Positions 27,801 to 37,677 of a stretch of 64,000 nt of DNA are shown one piece after another; positions within the stretch are counted from its first letter, which is position 1; every line of letters starts with the position of its first letter. The stretch lies in the sequence record PV340851.1; one strand, written 5' to 3'. The notes under the pieces were generated by a model. That model saw nothing but the letters and a program-made list of their open reading frames with translations, was not told the origin of the DNA and made no database searches. Made by a program: the position numbers and the translations under genes.

Positions 27801-30800
27801 ACTCAGATTATTGATTCTCAAGTTCCACCTGACTATGATCAGGACGGCAACCTAGAGAACCCACTCTGTGCAGGTATTGCTAACCAGATTACTACATCTA
27901 TTGCACTGATCACCACTGGTATCAACAATGGTAATCTGGGCAATAAGACAATGCCTGTAATCAGTAGTGTTACTAAGGTAGAACCTACTCTAAATGCTGC
28001 TCTGCTTGCATCTAGAGCAACCTTGTTTAGTCTTGCTACTGGTACACTATTTGGTAATCCTAACCCACATGACATTGAGACTGGTACTGCAGTAAGATTG
28101 GTTCCTAAACCAAAAGCAGGTACAAATCCTGACAAGCGTGTAGTAAGACTGCCCAAGGGATTTGATACTAACACCAAGTATTATGTCATTGCTCCAGGTA
28201 GAAATCTCTACCCAGAGAACTTTGCACAGAACAGCACAGTTCTTACTGCAACTGAAGCAAGTGGTACATCATTCACTACACCTGATGCTACTCGCGCAAC
28301 AGCTGCTGGTACATATCGTTCTGTGATTGCACAACCTAAGATTGATACTAACCAAACTCCAGAAGTTGCACTAGCATCTGGTACTGGACTTAAGTTTGAT
28401 ATCGTAGTCAATGCTGATGGTACTATTCAGGCAATTACAGGTAACAATGGTGATTCTAAGATTGTTGATCCTGGTTCTAGATATGAAGCAGGTGATATTG
28501 TAGTTGTTACTGACGCTCAGATTGGTAACAGTGGTGCTGCTAACATTGAGATTGAGGTTACTGCAGTCTCTACTGCTACCTACCCAGGTGCATTTGATGG
28601 TCAAGAGATGAACAAGTTGATGCTTGCTACATCTCCTGAGAATGCTGCAGCAGGTATCTACATGTACTCTCCCGAGACTGACTCGGTTGACCCTGACGTT
28701 GAGATCGAACTCCAGCAATATGTACTGGATGGTAAGTATGACCTACACAAGTATAAGTGTGATGTTGTTGGTGCTTCTGAAATTGAGTCCTCTGTTGCTC
28801 ATATCTTCGACGTTCCTGCTCCTAATACTACACCACAGGTTGTATTCGTTAGAGTTGCTGATGACATCCAAGGATCTAGTCTCCCACAACTCAGCGGCAG
28901 TTCTTCTAACATCTCCGATAGCACATTCTATTATGTACGTTATGTAAGCAATAAGCGTTTCACTCTACACACATCTGCATCTGATGCAGAGTCTGGTGAT
29001 AGAGCACTTACATTCGTCAGTGGTACTGGTTTAGACTTCTATGTCTATGCTAACAAGCGTACATCTCCACTGAAGTTTGATGCTGAATATAGTTCTTCTA
29101 TCAATACTACTGGTCTCTGGTATCTGAATGTCAAGGATCAGTCTAGCATTGGTGGTGCTAACTACGATCGTTACAGCATCCTGTCCAGATTCCACGGCGG
29201 TGCTGAACTAGTAACAGACTATCAGTTTAAGACTGATCCTACTCTTGATACTAGATATCTGCGTGTTAAAGATTCTAGAGAGAAGGAAGATAGAGTCTAC
29301 AGATTGCGTTATGTTGTTCCTTCTTATCTGGAAACGGTTCGTGATCCTCTCAATGGTTTCGTTATTAGAACTAGAACTGATGATAAGCGTCGTCTTGTTC
29401 CTCAGAAAGTTCTACTCAAACCAGTTGGTGGTAACTCTATTACAACTGCTAAGTTCTACAACCCTGCAGGTGCAACTGAGAGACTTGGTGCTACCAAGGC
29501 AGCTCTTGCAGCAGGTGATAGCAACAGACCTTTGGATCCAGCAGTTCTAGATCTGCTCCCCGAGCAGCAGAACCTGTATGATCCATATGTTTCACCTAAG
29601 CAGATCGAATTTGATTCTAAGATTGCATCTACTATTCAATCTGCTAGAGAAGTTATTCCTGATGGTCAGACTGATACCTTCCTTGAACTGACACTATTTG
29701 ACCACACAATTATCAATGAAACAGTAAGGAATGAAATCTTTACTATTGCATCTGTAAACAACCTGCAAGGAGGATTCCTCACTGCAAACTCCACACAGAG
29801 CAATGACAGTAACAAGATCTTCTGGGATACTATCTCTGGTGACAACCCCTCTACTGGTTATGGTTGGTTGCAGGCAGAAGTCAATGACATTGATGGTCCT
29901 GCTGCTGGTTACACTCTGGTCATCAAGAATGCAGTTGGTACACTACAATTCAAAGCAGGCACCACAGTTCGCTTTACCCAAGGCAATGTAAGTGTTGATC
30001 TAGTTTCTAACCCCAACTCTTTCGGTGATGTAGCTGGTCGCGATAAAGCACTCAGAACTAACTATCTGTATAGAGTAGAAGGTTCTAACGTCTATTCAAT
30101 CGCTCCTGGTGATACTGTATCTGACGATGAGGGTAACTCTTACTATGTTTCTTCTATCGATGATCAAGGTGACTTTGAAGATACTTTCTATATCTTCGAC
30201 ATTGACACCCTACAAGAGCGTATTCCACAACAGCAAGATGGTATCTACTATCTAACCTGTATTCGTGGTAACATCTCACCTTATCCTACTGGATCTGGTG
30301 TCGGTGAGAACTTCAGAAACTTCAAGTTCTCTCAACCTATCTCTCAACTCTATCCTATCAACTACAAGAACGATCCTCTGTGGTTCCAAGTTGATGGATC
30401 ATCTGGAGTTAGAGACACTGCTATCCTTGACGTTCCTGCTACATTCTCTGCAGCAGATAACTTCGTTCATGGTCTAGTTACTGTCAACGATGCTAAGGGC
30501 AGTGAGACTAGAGAGATGGTCAATGACATGATCCAGAACTCTATGCTGGATCAGTATACTTACACCAACAGCGTAACGTATACTAACCCCAACACTGGCA
30601 TCTCTACTATCCTAGACAACAGAATCCAGGCACAAGAAGGTAACGCAACCTCTGGTTCTGAGGATAGAATGATTCCTATCTCTGGTGACTCACAGTTTGT
30701 CACCGAGCGTAAGTTGTACGTCGAACTTAGAAGACCATCCATCGCAAGATCTGGTAACCATACATTTGAGTATCTTGGATTCGGTCCTGGTAACTACTCA

Positions 30801-33800
30801 ACTGGTTTCCCACTGCGTCAGGAAGTGGTCCTAACAGACAAACAGGACTTCTATGCTCAGTCTAAGCGTGAGGACGGTGGTATCGTCTTCTACACTGGTC
30901 TGAACTCTAACGGTGACCTCTACATTGGTAACAAGAAAGTCAACGCTATCACTGGTGAAGAGACATTCCTAGAGAGTGCAACACTAATTGATTCTGAGGA
31001 CGAGGATGATGATATCGGTAACCTCGTTACAACGTTCGACTCCCCAGTCACGTTTAACAACACTATCACAGTTGCAGGTAAGGCAACATTTGCTGGTCCT
31101 CTAGAGATTAACGTTGATCCACCTGAAGGTGATGCAGTTAGAATTGCATCTAACGTTCTTGGTGGTAGTGAAGACATCACACTATTCCGTGGTTCGTGGC
31201 CTGATCCTACTGATGGTGATATTGTTCTTGCTGAGAACACTATTCGTGCAGCATTGTATAGACTAAATGCTCGCCGTGAAATCAACACGGTAGCAGGTCA
31301 GTCTTACAGTTTCAGAACACACTACACTGGTGGTGCTCCTTCTAACATTACTCCATGGCAAACCGCAGATAGATTTACTGCTGCTCAAGAAGTAACATAC
31401 AGTGGCACTGCTAATGTAGAATTTGGTGACATCCTATTCAAGGGAGATTCTGTTGGTCTCAGTGGTTCTTTGGGTTGGATCTACACTAACGCATACACCA
31501 CATTTGAGTCTTCAGTCTTCAATATTACAACTGATGGTACTGCAAAACTAACGGTTACTTTGGTTGCTGGTCAGACCAACGCTGGCAATAATATTGAATC
31601 TGGTACATTCGTTAGAATCAGAAACTTTAGTAACACCGATGTCAATGGTACGTGGCCAGTTGTTGCTGCTGGATTCACACCTAGTGGTACTCAATTCCAG
31701 ATTCTGACCGACACTGTATTTGATACAGGTCAAACCTTCACCTGGGCGAATGAAGCAACAGGTGCTGATATTCTGCGTTCTACTTCTAACTGGAAAGAAT
31801 TTGGTACGATTGGTTCTGAATCTATCAGAACATGGACCGAGCAGCGTGGTGACTACAGAGTTGGTATTAACACCATTGCAAGAACTGATCACAATGCAGT
31901 TACTACTGCTAACGTTGATGAGTTTACCGAACCAAGAGCAAACCTTGATGTTGTAGGTACTGCATTCATCTCTGGTCAGACTCTAGTTACATACGATCAA
32001 GCAGGTAATGCTGATAATCGTTATGATGATAACTCGATGAACTCCGACATTAGAGAGGCACTAACTGGTGCTGATCTAACTGCCAAGGGATTCGTTCCTC
32101 AGGACAATGCACTGTTGGTTGGTGGTGATAGTAACAACCTTGATCAACCTGCAACTCTACGTGTTGCAACTAAGGACATTACTACTACTCCAGGTAACAC
32201 CTATCAGACAGGTGGTAGAGTTGGTATTAACACCACTCTAGGACTTACTGCTGGCGCTGAACTAGATCGCAACTTGGTTGTTGTTGGTGATGGTAGAATT
32301 ACTGGCAACTTTAAGATCGAAGATGACATCAGTGTTGATGGTGGTGATATTAACACCACATCTAATACCTTCAACCTACTCAACCAGAACGCTAACATCG
32401 TTAGCATGTTGGGTGATGCTCAGCAACTGAACTTTGCTAACAATACTACAGGTGATCAAAGCATTGCATTTGGTAACTCCTGCAGTAACCAAGTTCTTAA
32501 CATTGGTACTGTTGCACAAAACACACTGCTGAATATTCACGGTGGTTCTAACAATGCACTGGTTGACATTGCAACTGTCAGCGAGGAACCAGCAAACTCT
32601 TGTCAGGTTGCAATTGGTGGTGCATATGGCAACACCGACTCCAGTACAGTTATTGGTACATACCAGACAATTACTGCTGGTTCTCTACAGATTGGTAATG
32701 GCATCGCAGATGGAACAGGTAACGCTATTCTCTTCTCTAAGACAAGAAAAGTTACTCTATTTTCTGATGACAGAACAACAACTGTTGAAGCATTTACCAG
32801 TGCTAATAATCTACTGTTGGGTTCTCTTGGTGGTAGCTCCACTATTAGAAACTCTCTGGGTGTTGATGCATCCCTGAGAGTTGAGGGTAACATTAGACTG
32901 AATGGTGGTACTAACGCTGGTATCATTGAGATTCAAAGAGGCAGATTCAGCACTGCTGTAGTTGCACATGATGTTGGCAGTCTCGATGTTCCTAACATTG
33001 ACTTCTATAAGTATCAGTCTACTGGCAGACAGATCGTTACTTCAGGTAACGCACTCTGGGGTGGTCTTAGCGACCTCGCAGGTGGTGGTCAGATCTCTGG
33101 ATTTGATAATGTTAATTCATCTGATCCTAGCAGTCTACGTATTCCTAACTCCTACACCTTTGTTCAGGCAAGTGGTGGTACTGGTGAAGGCGCAATCTTC
33201 GATGTGTTGGTTGCATTCGATGGAACAGTTACTCTAACAATCACCAGCACTGGTAGTGGATATGCTAACGACGATGTTCTAACTCTGTCGGATGGTGATC
33301 TTGGTGGCGGTGGTGCTCCTGATATCACATTGCAGGTTAATGGTGTTAATGATCCAGGTGATGTATACTTCCTGCCTATCAGCACACCTGCTGCAACTGA
33401 CTTCTTTATCGGTGATCTGTTGCTACTTGATCGTGGCAATGCTGCTACACCTGATTCTGTTATACCTGATGGTGGCACAGCACTCACTGGTCTTCGTGAT
33501 CAAGCGAAGTCTGAGATCGTTCGTGTTGTTGGTCTAACTAACCTCACCAATCCTAATGATCCTAAAGGTTTCAGACTTGCGGTTCAAAGAGCACAAGAAG
33601 GCACAGGTAACTTTAACTCTGGTACTGGTTCATATGACGGTTGGACGGATCACCCAGGTGGTCAGTTTGGTACTGTCATTGCTAAACTTATCAAGCAATC
33701 TGCAGCGTCCTTCATCACTGGTACTGACCAGAATCTAGATGGTATTCTATCTGAATCTGAGAAGGGTGTTGGTATTAATAACAGCACTGCTAATGTAAGA

Positions 33801-34862
33801 ATCGGTGTTGCTGAATTTGGTGGTACTCTAACTACACTTGACCTACTACGTCTTGGTGGATCTGAATTTGTTGGTATTGCTGATATCATCTCTAGTGATG
33901 TACAGAAACTGACTGTCAATGACGGTGGTATTCCAGGTAGCGAAGTTGTTATGTTCGAGGTTGACTCGACAACTGGTAATACAATTGCAAGAGGTGATCT
34001 TGGAGTTGGTCTTGGATACAACAGATTGACTGTTAATGGTAACAGTGGTGATACTACAATTGCAGGTACACTGACTACTGAAAAGTCTTGGATCCTCAAT
34101 GGTTCTCAGACTCCACTCGCAGATGTACTTAGCATCAATAACGGTGCAGGTGTTGAGAAGTTCCGTGTTGACTCTGCAACAGGTAACCTGTTGATGAACG
34201 GTGGTGACATCAATGTATATGGTGCTGATAACAACGGCAACTATACTGTACAGAGACTGGAACTCACTGGTGCAGGAGACTTCTCAGTTTGGGGTTCGTT
34301 CTCTGCACTGGGTGATGGACTATCTCAGTTCGGCGGTGATATGCAAATCGCTGGAGATCTTGAGATTCAGGGTGGTGACCTTACTATTAAGGAAGCTGGT
34401 ACTGAAATCTTTGCAGTTGACTCCGATGGTTCTATTAACATCGCAGGCATCAGCAACTACTTCTCCACATCAGGTGCTATGAAGTGGGAGTACAGTGCAG
34501 ACTCTGTTGTTCAGGGTGTTGCTAACACTAGTTACTTCCTGAATGTCTCTGGTAACACTATCTTTAAACTACCTGAAGCACCACAAATGGGCGACATGAT
34601 TCGCATTATAGATATTGGTGGTACTCTAACTTACAACCAGACTCTAATTGTTCGTGCGTTTGCTCTAACTCCTGTACAGGGTACTACATCTAATACTGGT
34701 CAGTCTCTGGTTAATCTCAGTCCTGGTCAGCATACTGGTGGTGAACTGGTTGTACAAACACCTAACGCATCGTTCGGTCTAGTTTATGCAGGCACTTCCA
34801 CATCAGATGGTAACCCTGGCGCACCTGCATCGAAGGCAGGTTGGTATCTAATCGAGGTATAA
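21891..34862 (+). CDS. Giant (4323 aa) tail fibre / virion structural protein
   Basis: N-terminal MPLTRLDNL...LYVSPDDFNATD...PFKTIQRAFIE motif typical of cyanomyophage giant fibres; internal repeats; C-terminal PQMGDMIRIIDIGG...FGLVY...GWYLIEV module. Confidence 0.85.
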   Translation: MPLTRLDNLYSSKTGKYLYVSPDDFNATDELDNRGNSPLRPFKTIQRAFIEVSRYSYLPGSNNDRFDQFSIMLMPGNHYIDNRPGLVTENVVEARYFDAGNLVTANKQEIVDYAVAQVPVEHPDFYYPGDPQTGEWSRYKDAYRMIQLNRDEIIDRAIAEVTVDHPDFYFPGDPQSDDGSRYADAYRLIQKNKDLIAQDAFDFMDANNAPSVTPPNYSTSCKRDIVRMIDGLSLDVFQGGGNVYTRRFISTYFNDAGNDWIGEKKYFTPTDADYNPTTGEIVVTFNQNHSLSVGQKIYIKEGGLSFTCDMDDNDSVKSYPRRGEDPFAVKGFTVTGTTSNTITFNAGVAGVNKTWTPTFVDYNSTTGDMIMTLGQHGLAAGKHIVIEDNSLTFTCDQDSYNTQHTYPRPGTDPYAGKSIEIVSVSKSDHTAIGANYNAATGSLVLEVTSHGFANGDYIKVSNDALGFTCDLDGNTATKTYPRQDYDYPSGRWMEISNVTANTFEINVGPSSYTGNHTFVSCVANGIQRQTGNVLVNVGNAGSAVGSIHNFVSATAGAIKFEPLAPHTFVSAVNDAIESDTVGLRGEESSSLTAFSKAIEYIKAAITNNYTSTSAPGTEYQDLTVTPDPLTSNNQDPTSCSDVQTYIQNLYSAIESVFNDTDLLTRSGNFQLSNALPTETFSEIIGPGETKCKRDVGQFVDYIGLDVAQAGGNVYTRKLLQNYFDATGNNWVTNGLQGEVNESRTVFNKAVEQMNKAVTNQLHTYKDTTITPGDAIYGNSNNPQENLLSGNPAACADVQTLITNLGAIVDTIISDENLQNLPEETVSDIQNAGEAKCKRDASIIVDSIISDLKSDGNANIITAAKAYFDRFGVPITNGLVGETNESITVFNAIATHAKLAVSNRLLAKDLTISFGPAYANANTPDIEYNGSGNPAVCQDVQATIDTLIGILTDTISAGNLDNLAQIKITGVLPSFNYNRALEEWQDNSILDLSNPDNVLHKFNAESGGAIVPRGCSLIGYDLRRTVIRPLYVPDPADTSQPRTSIFNLTGGCYLWQFTIKDGDLSAQSPLYDASAGVGKVYYQKGSTSLAIPEYSHHKICIMEYADKTDLDNYYDKVGKAFQQFQPTIDDGDLETLVQENRIVGPLSDSRTIESIKIDDFATFEGSINGTVTISNVANADKLRIGFEVTTTDGSVVVPPNTRVTNISGTTVTVSNAISGSGIKSFKGSFGYVCATVTTKIDHGYFEGQYVAILNSGLNDEVNGTFKITEIDQVNPKVFKYEVYGQTAASLSLVSGQTYLSGEVGGVSPNAVVLAEIDSVESASPYVFNCSIRSTWGQCGMWADGSKATGFKSMVVAQYTGVSLQKDDRAYIRYDRFTNTWNQASLTDAFATVPYHTKGDAYWKDDWRNFHIRASDDSFIQCVSVFAVGFFDHFLMESGGDMSITNSNSNFGNTSLHSIGYKGFSFNQDKGGYVTDIIPPGTITASDVEINQWYTLDVDASNSRTNHTKVYLAGDAINDPEKRPASSINGYRIGAKSGEELLVNLDRYPSEPTGPAEFSVELEPSGFKTWSVGIETLTPSSANVNNSAQDAANRIEDNKEFIQSEGYQYIINKNPELLTKAGITIGKCERDIGYFVDAVVSDLRLTGNIQSIQAAEGYYIAGELAYVAGELNETIDALDYVKDLMIAAMRNFDFVVRGCEVNQNTAIVNVPTTQGIVIGMTVQEFSSADFTGSSLNGGAVPNTTNIPINTVVKRIISDTQIELGTSGSFLNSGFVQNALGDSPSALLYFSMAGGQWTNVTPSVDLTITPYNEVDGNGDPLPECVGIATLIEGYFEQVFLVLNNGYTALGGTEVDAYNAITDNARFIAAESVYRIANDATYSGTKLGQGLLASTGETIEDACVDDVETVLKELAWDIKFGGNSRTWDAANLYKTSASVIGEETESIAVFNIARDLAIEAMRQQTIAIQGTHGLTQIIDSQVPPDYDQDGNLENPLCAGIANQITTSIALITTGINNGNLGNKTMPVISSVTKVEPTLNAALLASRATLFSLATGTLFGNPNPHDIETGTAVRLVPKPKAGTNPDKRVVRLPKGFDTNTKYYVIAPGRNLYPENFAQNSTVLTATEASGTSFTTPDATRATAAGTYRSVIAQPKIDTNQTPEVALASGTGLKFDIVVNADGTIQAITGNNGDSKIVDPGSRYEAGDIVVVTDAQIGNSGAANIEIEVTAVSTATYPGAFDGQEMNKLMLATSPENAAAGIYMYSPETDSVDPDVEIELQQYVLDGKYDLHKYKCDVVGASEIESSVAHIFDVPAPNTTPQVVFVRVADDIQGSSLPQLSGSSSNISDSTFYYVRYVSNKRFTLHTSASDAESGDRALTFVSGTGLDFYVYANKRTSPLKFDAEYSSSINTTGLWYLNVKDQSSIGGANYDRYSILSRFHGGAELVTDYQFKTDPTLDTRYLRVKDSREKEDRVYRLRYVVPSYLETVRDPLNGFVIRTRTDDKRRLVPQKVLLKPVGGNSITTAKFYNPAGATERLGATKAALAAGDSNRPLDPAVLDLLPEQQNLYDPYVSPKQIEFDSKIASTIQSAREVIPDGQTDTFLELTLFDHTIINETVRNEIFTIASVNNLQGGFLTANSTQSNDSNKIFWDTISGDNPSTGYGWLQAEVNDIDGPAAGYTLVIKNAVGTLQFKAGTTVRFTQGNVSVDLVSNPNSFGDVAGRDKALRTNYLYRVEGSNVYSIAPGDTVSDDEGNSYYVSSIDDQGDFEDTFYIFDIDTLQERIPQQQDGIYYLTCIRGNISPYPTGSGVGENFRNFKFSQPISQLYPINYKNDPLWFQVDGSSGVRDTAILDVPATFSAADNFVHGLVTVNDAKGSETREMVNDMIQNSMLDQYTYTNSVTYTNPNTGISTILDNRIQAQEGNATSGSEDRMIPISGDSQFVTERKLYVELRRPSIARSGNHTFEYLGFGPGNYSTGFPLRQEVVLTDKQDFYAQSKREDGGIVFYTGLNSNGDLYIGNKKVNAITGEETFLESATLIDSEDEDDDIGNLVTTFDSPVTFNNTITVAGKATFAGPLEINVDPPEGDAVRIASNVLGGSEDITLFRGSWPDPTDGDIVLAENTIRAALYRLNARREINTVAGQSYSFRTHYTGGAPSNITPWQTADRFTAAQEVTYSGTANVEFGDILFKGDSVGLSGSLGWIYTNAYTTFESSVFNITTDGTAKLTVTLVAGQTNAGNNIESGTFVRIRNFSNTDVNGTWPVVAAGFTPSGTQFQILTDTVFDTGQTFTWANEATGADILRSTSNWKEFGTIGSESIRTWTEQRGDYRVGINTIARTDHNAVTTANVDEFTEPRANLDVVGTAFISGQTLVTYDQAGNADNRYDDNSMNSDIREALTGADLTAKGFVPQDNALLVGGDSNNLDQPATLRVATKDITTTPGNTYQTGGRVGINTTLGLTAGAELDRNLVVVGDGRITGNFKIEDDISVDGGDINTTSNTFNLLNQNANIVSMLGDAQQLNFANNTTGDQSIAFGNSCSNQVLNIGTVAQNTLLNIHGGSNNALVDIATVSEEPANSCQVAIGGAYGNTDSSTVIGTYQTITAGSLQIGNGIADGTGNAILFSKTRKVTLFSDDRTTTVEAFTSANNLLLGSLGGSSTIRNSLGVDASLRVEGNIRLNGGTNAGIIEIQRGRFSTAVVAHDVGSLDVPNIDFYKYQSTGRQIVTSGNALWGGLSDLAGGGQISGFDNVNSSDPSSLRIPNSYTFVQASGGTGEGAIFDVLVAFDGTVTLTITSTGSGYANDDVLTLSDGDLGGGGAPDITLQVNGVNDPGDVYFLPISTPAATDFFIGDLLLLDRGNAATPDSVIPDGGTALTGLRDQAKSEIVRVVGLTNLTNPNDPKGFRLAVQRAQEGTGNFNSGTGSYDGWTDHPGGQFGTVIAKLIKQSAASFITGTDQNLDGILSESEKGVGINNSTANVRIGVAEFGGTLTTLDLLRLGGSEFVGIADIISSDVQKLTVNDGGIPGSEVVMFEVDSTTGNTIARGDLGVGLGYNRLTVNGNSGDTTIAGTLTTEKSWILNGSQTPLADVLSINNGAGVEKFRVDSATGNLLMNGGDINVYGADNNGNYTVQRLELTGAGDFSVWGSFSALGDGLSQFGGDMQIAGDLEIQGGDLTIKEAGTEIFAVDSDGSINIAGISNYFSTSGAMKWEYSADSVVQGVANTSYFLNVSGNTIFKLPEAPQMGDMIRIIDIGGTLTYNQTLIVRAFALTPVQGTTSNTGQSLVNLSPGQHTGGELVVQTPNASFGLVYAGTSTSDGNPGAPASKAGWYLIEV

Positions 34863-34866
34863 TCAC

Positions 34867-36186
34867 ATGCCCTTCTATCAGGGATTACGAGAAGCAAAAG
34901 CTGCCGCCATCGGCACAATCATGCCTTGGACTGGGGCAATCTCCCAGATTCCTTCGGGGTGGGTTGTGTGTGACGGCAGTTCTTTGTCGGCAAGAGACTT
35001 CCCCCTTCTTGCAAGAACAATTCAAGATACTTATAATGCAGGCATCTCTACCTTTGGTGGTACGTTTCCTAATTATAGTGGTGAGATTGTTCTGCCAGCG
35101 TTGATCAATAAACCATTGTGTGATATTGAAGGAACGTACTTTGGAACAGGTAATACAGGTCTTCCACATGATGAAGACCCATTTGCATTCAATGAAGTCT
35201 CACCTTACATTGGACCTAATACTGATAATGGTGTTCCAACAACTTTCAATGATGTTGCAACAGATGTTATCTTTACATTGAATGAAAGACAGCAAACACA
35301 AAATGGTAATTATTACTATGCTGGTAAGATTTCGGGCAATACTGTTGTTCCAGGAACAGGTGAAGGTAGTAAGCAGGTATACTTTGGACCTAGAAAACTT
35401 GGTAGGGCACACATAAAAAGTCACCGTCATGGTGGTAGAGTTGTCCCTAGTATTAAAGTCAATCCATCTACGGAACCAGGCGAAGGTGTTATCCCATGGA
35501 GTAATGTTCAATTTGACTTTGATCTACAGGTTACGGATAATGAACCAGGACCTTCTGGTGATAACTTGACTATGAACTGGACTCTTTCACAAGATACCAG
35601 ATCTCCATCAAGAAGCGGTGGTGGTGGCGGATCTCCAGGTAGATCTGTTGCTGGTATTAATGCTGAAAATCCACCAGTTAACTTCACACCGAAGACGTGT
35701 GTATGGAACCCAATTAATTCTGAAGTTACTGAACCAAGTAATGTTCGCGGTAGTATTAATGGATTCTCTGGAGGCATCACTGGTGACCCAGATGGTCTAG
35801 TAAATACAGCCAATGATGATGCAAGAACAGGAAAGTATAAAGTTGGTGGCGGTGATATAACAATTCCATCTGGTTTTACTACATACTATCCTGATCAATC
35901 ACCTAGAACCACATATGATACTTTTAACAGCACTCCAGGTTGGTCTTTTACTCTAGCACAGCAAACTGCAGGGCGTCAGGATGTTATTAGACCACACAGT
36001 CATGAAGAACTTGAAATTAACTTTGATATATCTGGATTAAAACCAGAGACTAGTCTTGAGGTGGATGTACGAGCACCTGCATCTAATTTGAACCTAGATA
36101 ATACTAGGAATATTGGTGTATTGCAAGTCAACTTCAATACTACACAACCAGGCGTTACTTGTCTCTATCTTATCCGAGCATACTAA
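34867..36186 (+). CDS. Tail-collar-domain short fibre protein
   Basis: IGTIMPWTG...IPSGWVVCDGSSLSARDFPLLA collar motif; C-terminal CLYLIRAY. Confidence 0.85.
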   Translation: MPFYQGLREAKAAAIGTIMPWTGAISQIPSGWVVCDGSSLSARDFPLLARTIQDTYNAGISTFGGTFPNYSGEIVLPALINKPLCDIEGTYFGTGNTGLPHDEDPFAFNEVSPYIGPNTDNGVPTTFNDVATDVIFTLNERQQTQNGNYYYAGKISGNTVVPGTGEGSKQVYFGPRKLGRAHIKSHRHGGRVVPSIKVNPSTEPGEGVIPWSNVQFDFDLQVTDNEPGPSGDNLTMNWTLSQDTRSPSRSGGGGGSPGRSVAGINAENPPVNFTPKTCVWNPINSEVTEPSNVRGSINGFSGGITGDPDGLVNTANDDARTGKYKVGGGDITIPSGFTTYYPDQSPRTTYDTFNSTPGWSFTLAQQTAGRQDVIRPHSHEELEINFDISGLKPETSLEVDVRAPASNLNLDNTRNIGVLQVNFNTTQPGVTCLYLIRAY

Positions 36187-36189
36187 TCC

Positions 36190-37074
36190 ATGAACCGCAG
36201 CAACTATTCAAGAATCAAATCACTGTATGGTGGCGTGGTAGGATCTATTCAGGTCATGGCGACACCTTTTACTCAATCTGAAACTGATCCTAACTCCCAA
36301 ACTTGGAAAGATTATGTTCCAGGTGGATTTTTACCATGTGATGGTACAATCAGAAGTGCTAGAGATTATTATGCATTGTCTCAAGTATTAGGTGTTGGTA
36401 GCGAAACTAAATTTAAGAAACCTAATAGTACCATTCGTGATGCTGATCTAGAAAATAATGATCTAGGTCAGTTTCAGTTACCTGATCTTGGATCTAAAGT
36501 TATTATTCCAAGTAGATCTGTTGGTGATTATGTCAATGATCTTGCTGATGATGGTGAGACTACTAGAGTTGGTCCTGCTGTCGAAGTATTTTCTAATGAA
36601 GGTACACAATTAACTTGTGATTTTATTGGTAACTTTGAAGGTGTACCAAAGCAGGTTAACTATGATATGAGATCTAGTCCTAAGTATACTTTTAATACTA
36701 CATCTAGTACAGAATTTCTGGACATTGAAAACTTCCAGGGTCACGCTCATAATATCTCTGGTTTTGGTATTATGAACTATAGTGCTCAGCACCAGACAGG
36801 TGGTGACGGTAAAGACAGAGGAAGACTATCAGGTAACGCTGGTGCTGGTAACTTTCTAGATGTTAGTCCTGTTAATACAGCATTTTCATCTGAACACACT
36901 CATAGAATTGACAAACCTGTTCTATACACCCACAACTTCCAGTATCAGCACCAAGATTTTGATATTCCTGCTGATGGTGTATTTTCTACCGTTAACATTT
37001 CTACCCAAGAGTTTAAAAAATTAGACAGAGCTACAACTCCATTTGTCATTGTGATGTATATTATCAAGTTCTAA
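36190..37074 (+). CDS. Tail-collar-domain protein
   Basis: GFLPCDGTIRSARDYYALSQVLG, QFQLPDLGSKV, C-terminal PFVIVMYIIKF. Confidence 0.85.
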   Translation: MNRSNYSRIKSLYGGVVGSIQVMATPFTQSETDPNSQTWKDYVPGGFLPCDGTIRSARDYYALSQVLGVGSETKFKKPNSTIRDADLENNDLGQFQLPDLGSKVIIPSRSVGDYVNDLADDGETTRVGPAVEVFSNEGTQLTCDFIGNFEGVPKQVNYDMRSSPKYTFNTTSSTEFLDIENFQGHAHNISGFGIMNYSAQHQTGGDGKDRGRLSGNAGAGNFLDVSPVNTAFSSEHTHRIDKPVLYTHNFQYQHQDFDIPADGVFSTVNISTQEFKKLDRATTPFVIVMYIIKF

Positions 37075-37104
37075 ACTAAATACCAGTAGGTTATTCTGCT
37101 GCAA

Positions 37105-37677
37105 ATGCGTTATACTGTACTTGATGTCAAAACAACCCATGTGGTGGTAGAATTTGAGGACGCAACAGTTGCTCGGGTTCCTCTTTCTGCTGATATGAAT
37201 TTGGAAGATATTGAGACTGAAATCTCAAAATTTTTTCGCGTACCAGTCGAAGGATATAAGTCGATCGACGATGTTCCTCTAAAGATTGGTGATAGCAATG
37301 ATATTATGCCATATCAGGAACAATATGAAAAACTGATGGTGGAAGCTGCGAAGGCAGAAAAAGAACAATTAGATGCCGAACGCAAGAAAATTGAGGAAGA
37401 AGAAACGAAGAAGCGTCTAGAAGGTTTTCAACGCAAAGTTGATTACAAAGAGATGCGTCGTACAGAATATCCTAGTATCGAGGATCAACTCGATGCTTTA
37501 TATTGGGCAAGGAACAGTAAACCTGAGTTGTTGAATGCTATGGATGCAGAATTTGCAGAAATTAAAGCAAAGTATCCAAAGAGTATGAAAGCAGTGACGG
37601 CAGAACAGTTTTATGGTAAAATTCCTAAAGTAATGATTGACGGTGAACTAGTAGACGTTCCGATTGATAAACTATGA
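37105..37677 (+). CDS. Tail-fibre-associated protein (putative assembly factor)
   Basis: RRTEYPSIEDQLDALYW...IKAKYPK motif is common beside fibre genes; late core CTAAATA at 37076-37082. Confidence 0.6.
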   Translation: MRYTVLDVKTTHVVVEFEDATVARVPLSADMNLEDIETEISKFFRVPVEGYKSIDDVPLKIGDSNDIMPYQEQYEKLMVEAAKAEKEQLDAERKKIEEEETKKRLEGFQRKVDYKEMRRTEYPSIEDQLDALYWARNSKPELLNAMDAEFAEIKAKYPKSMKAVTAEQFYGKIPKVMIDGELVDVPIDKL

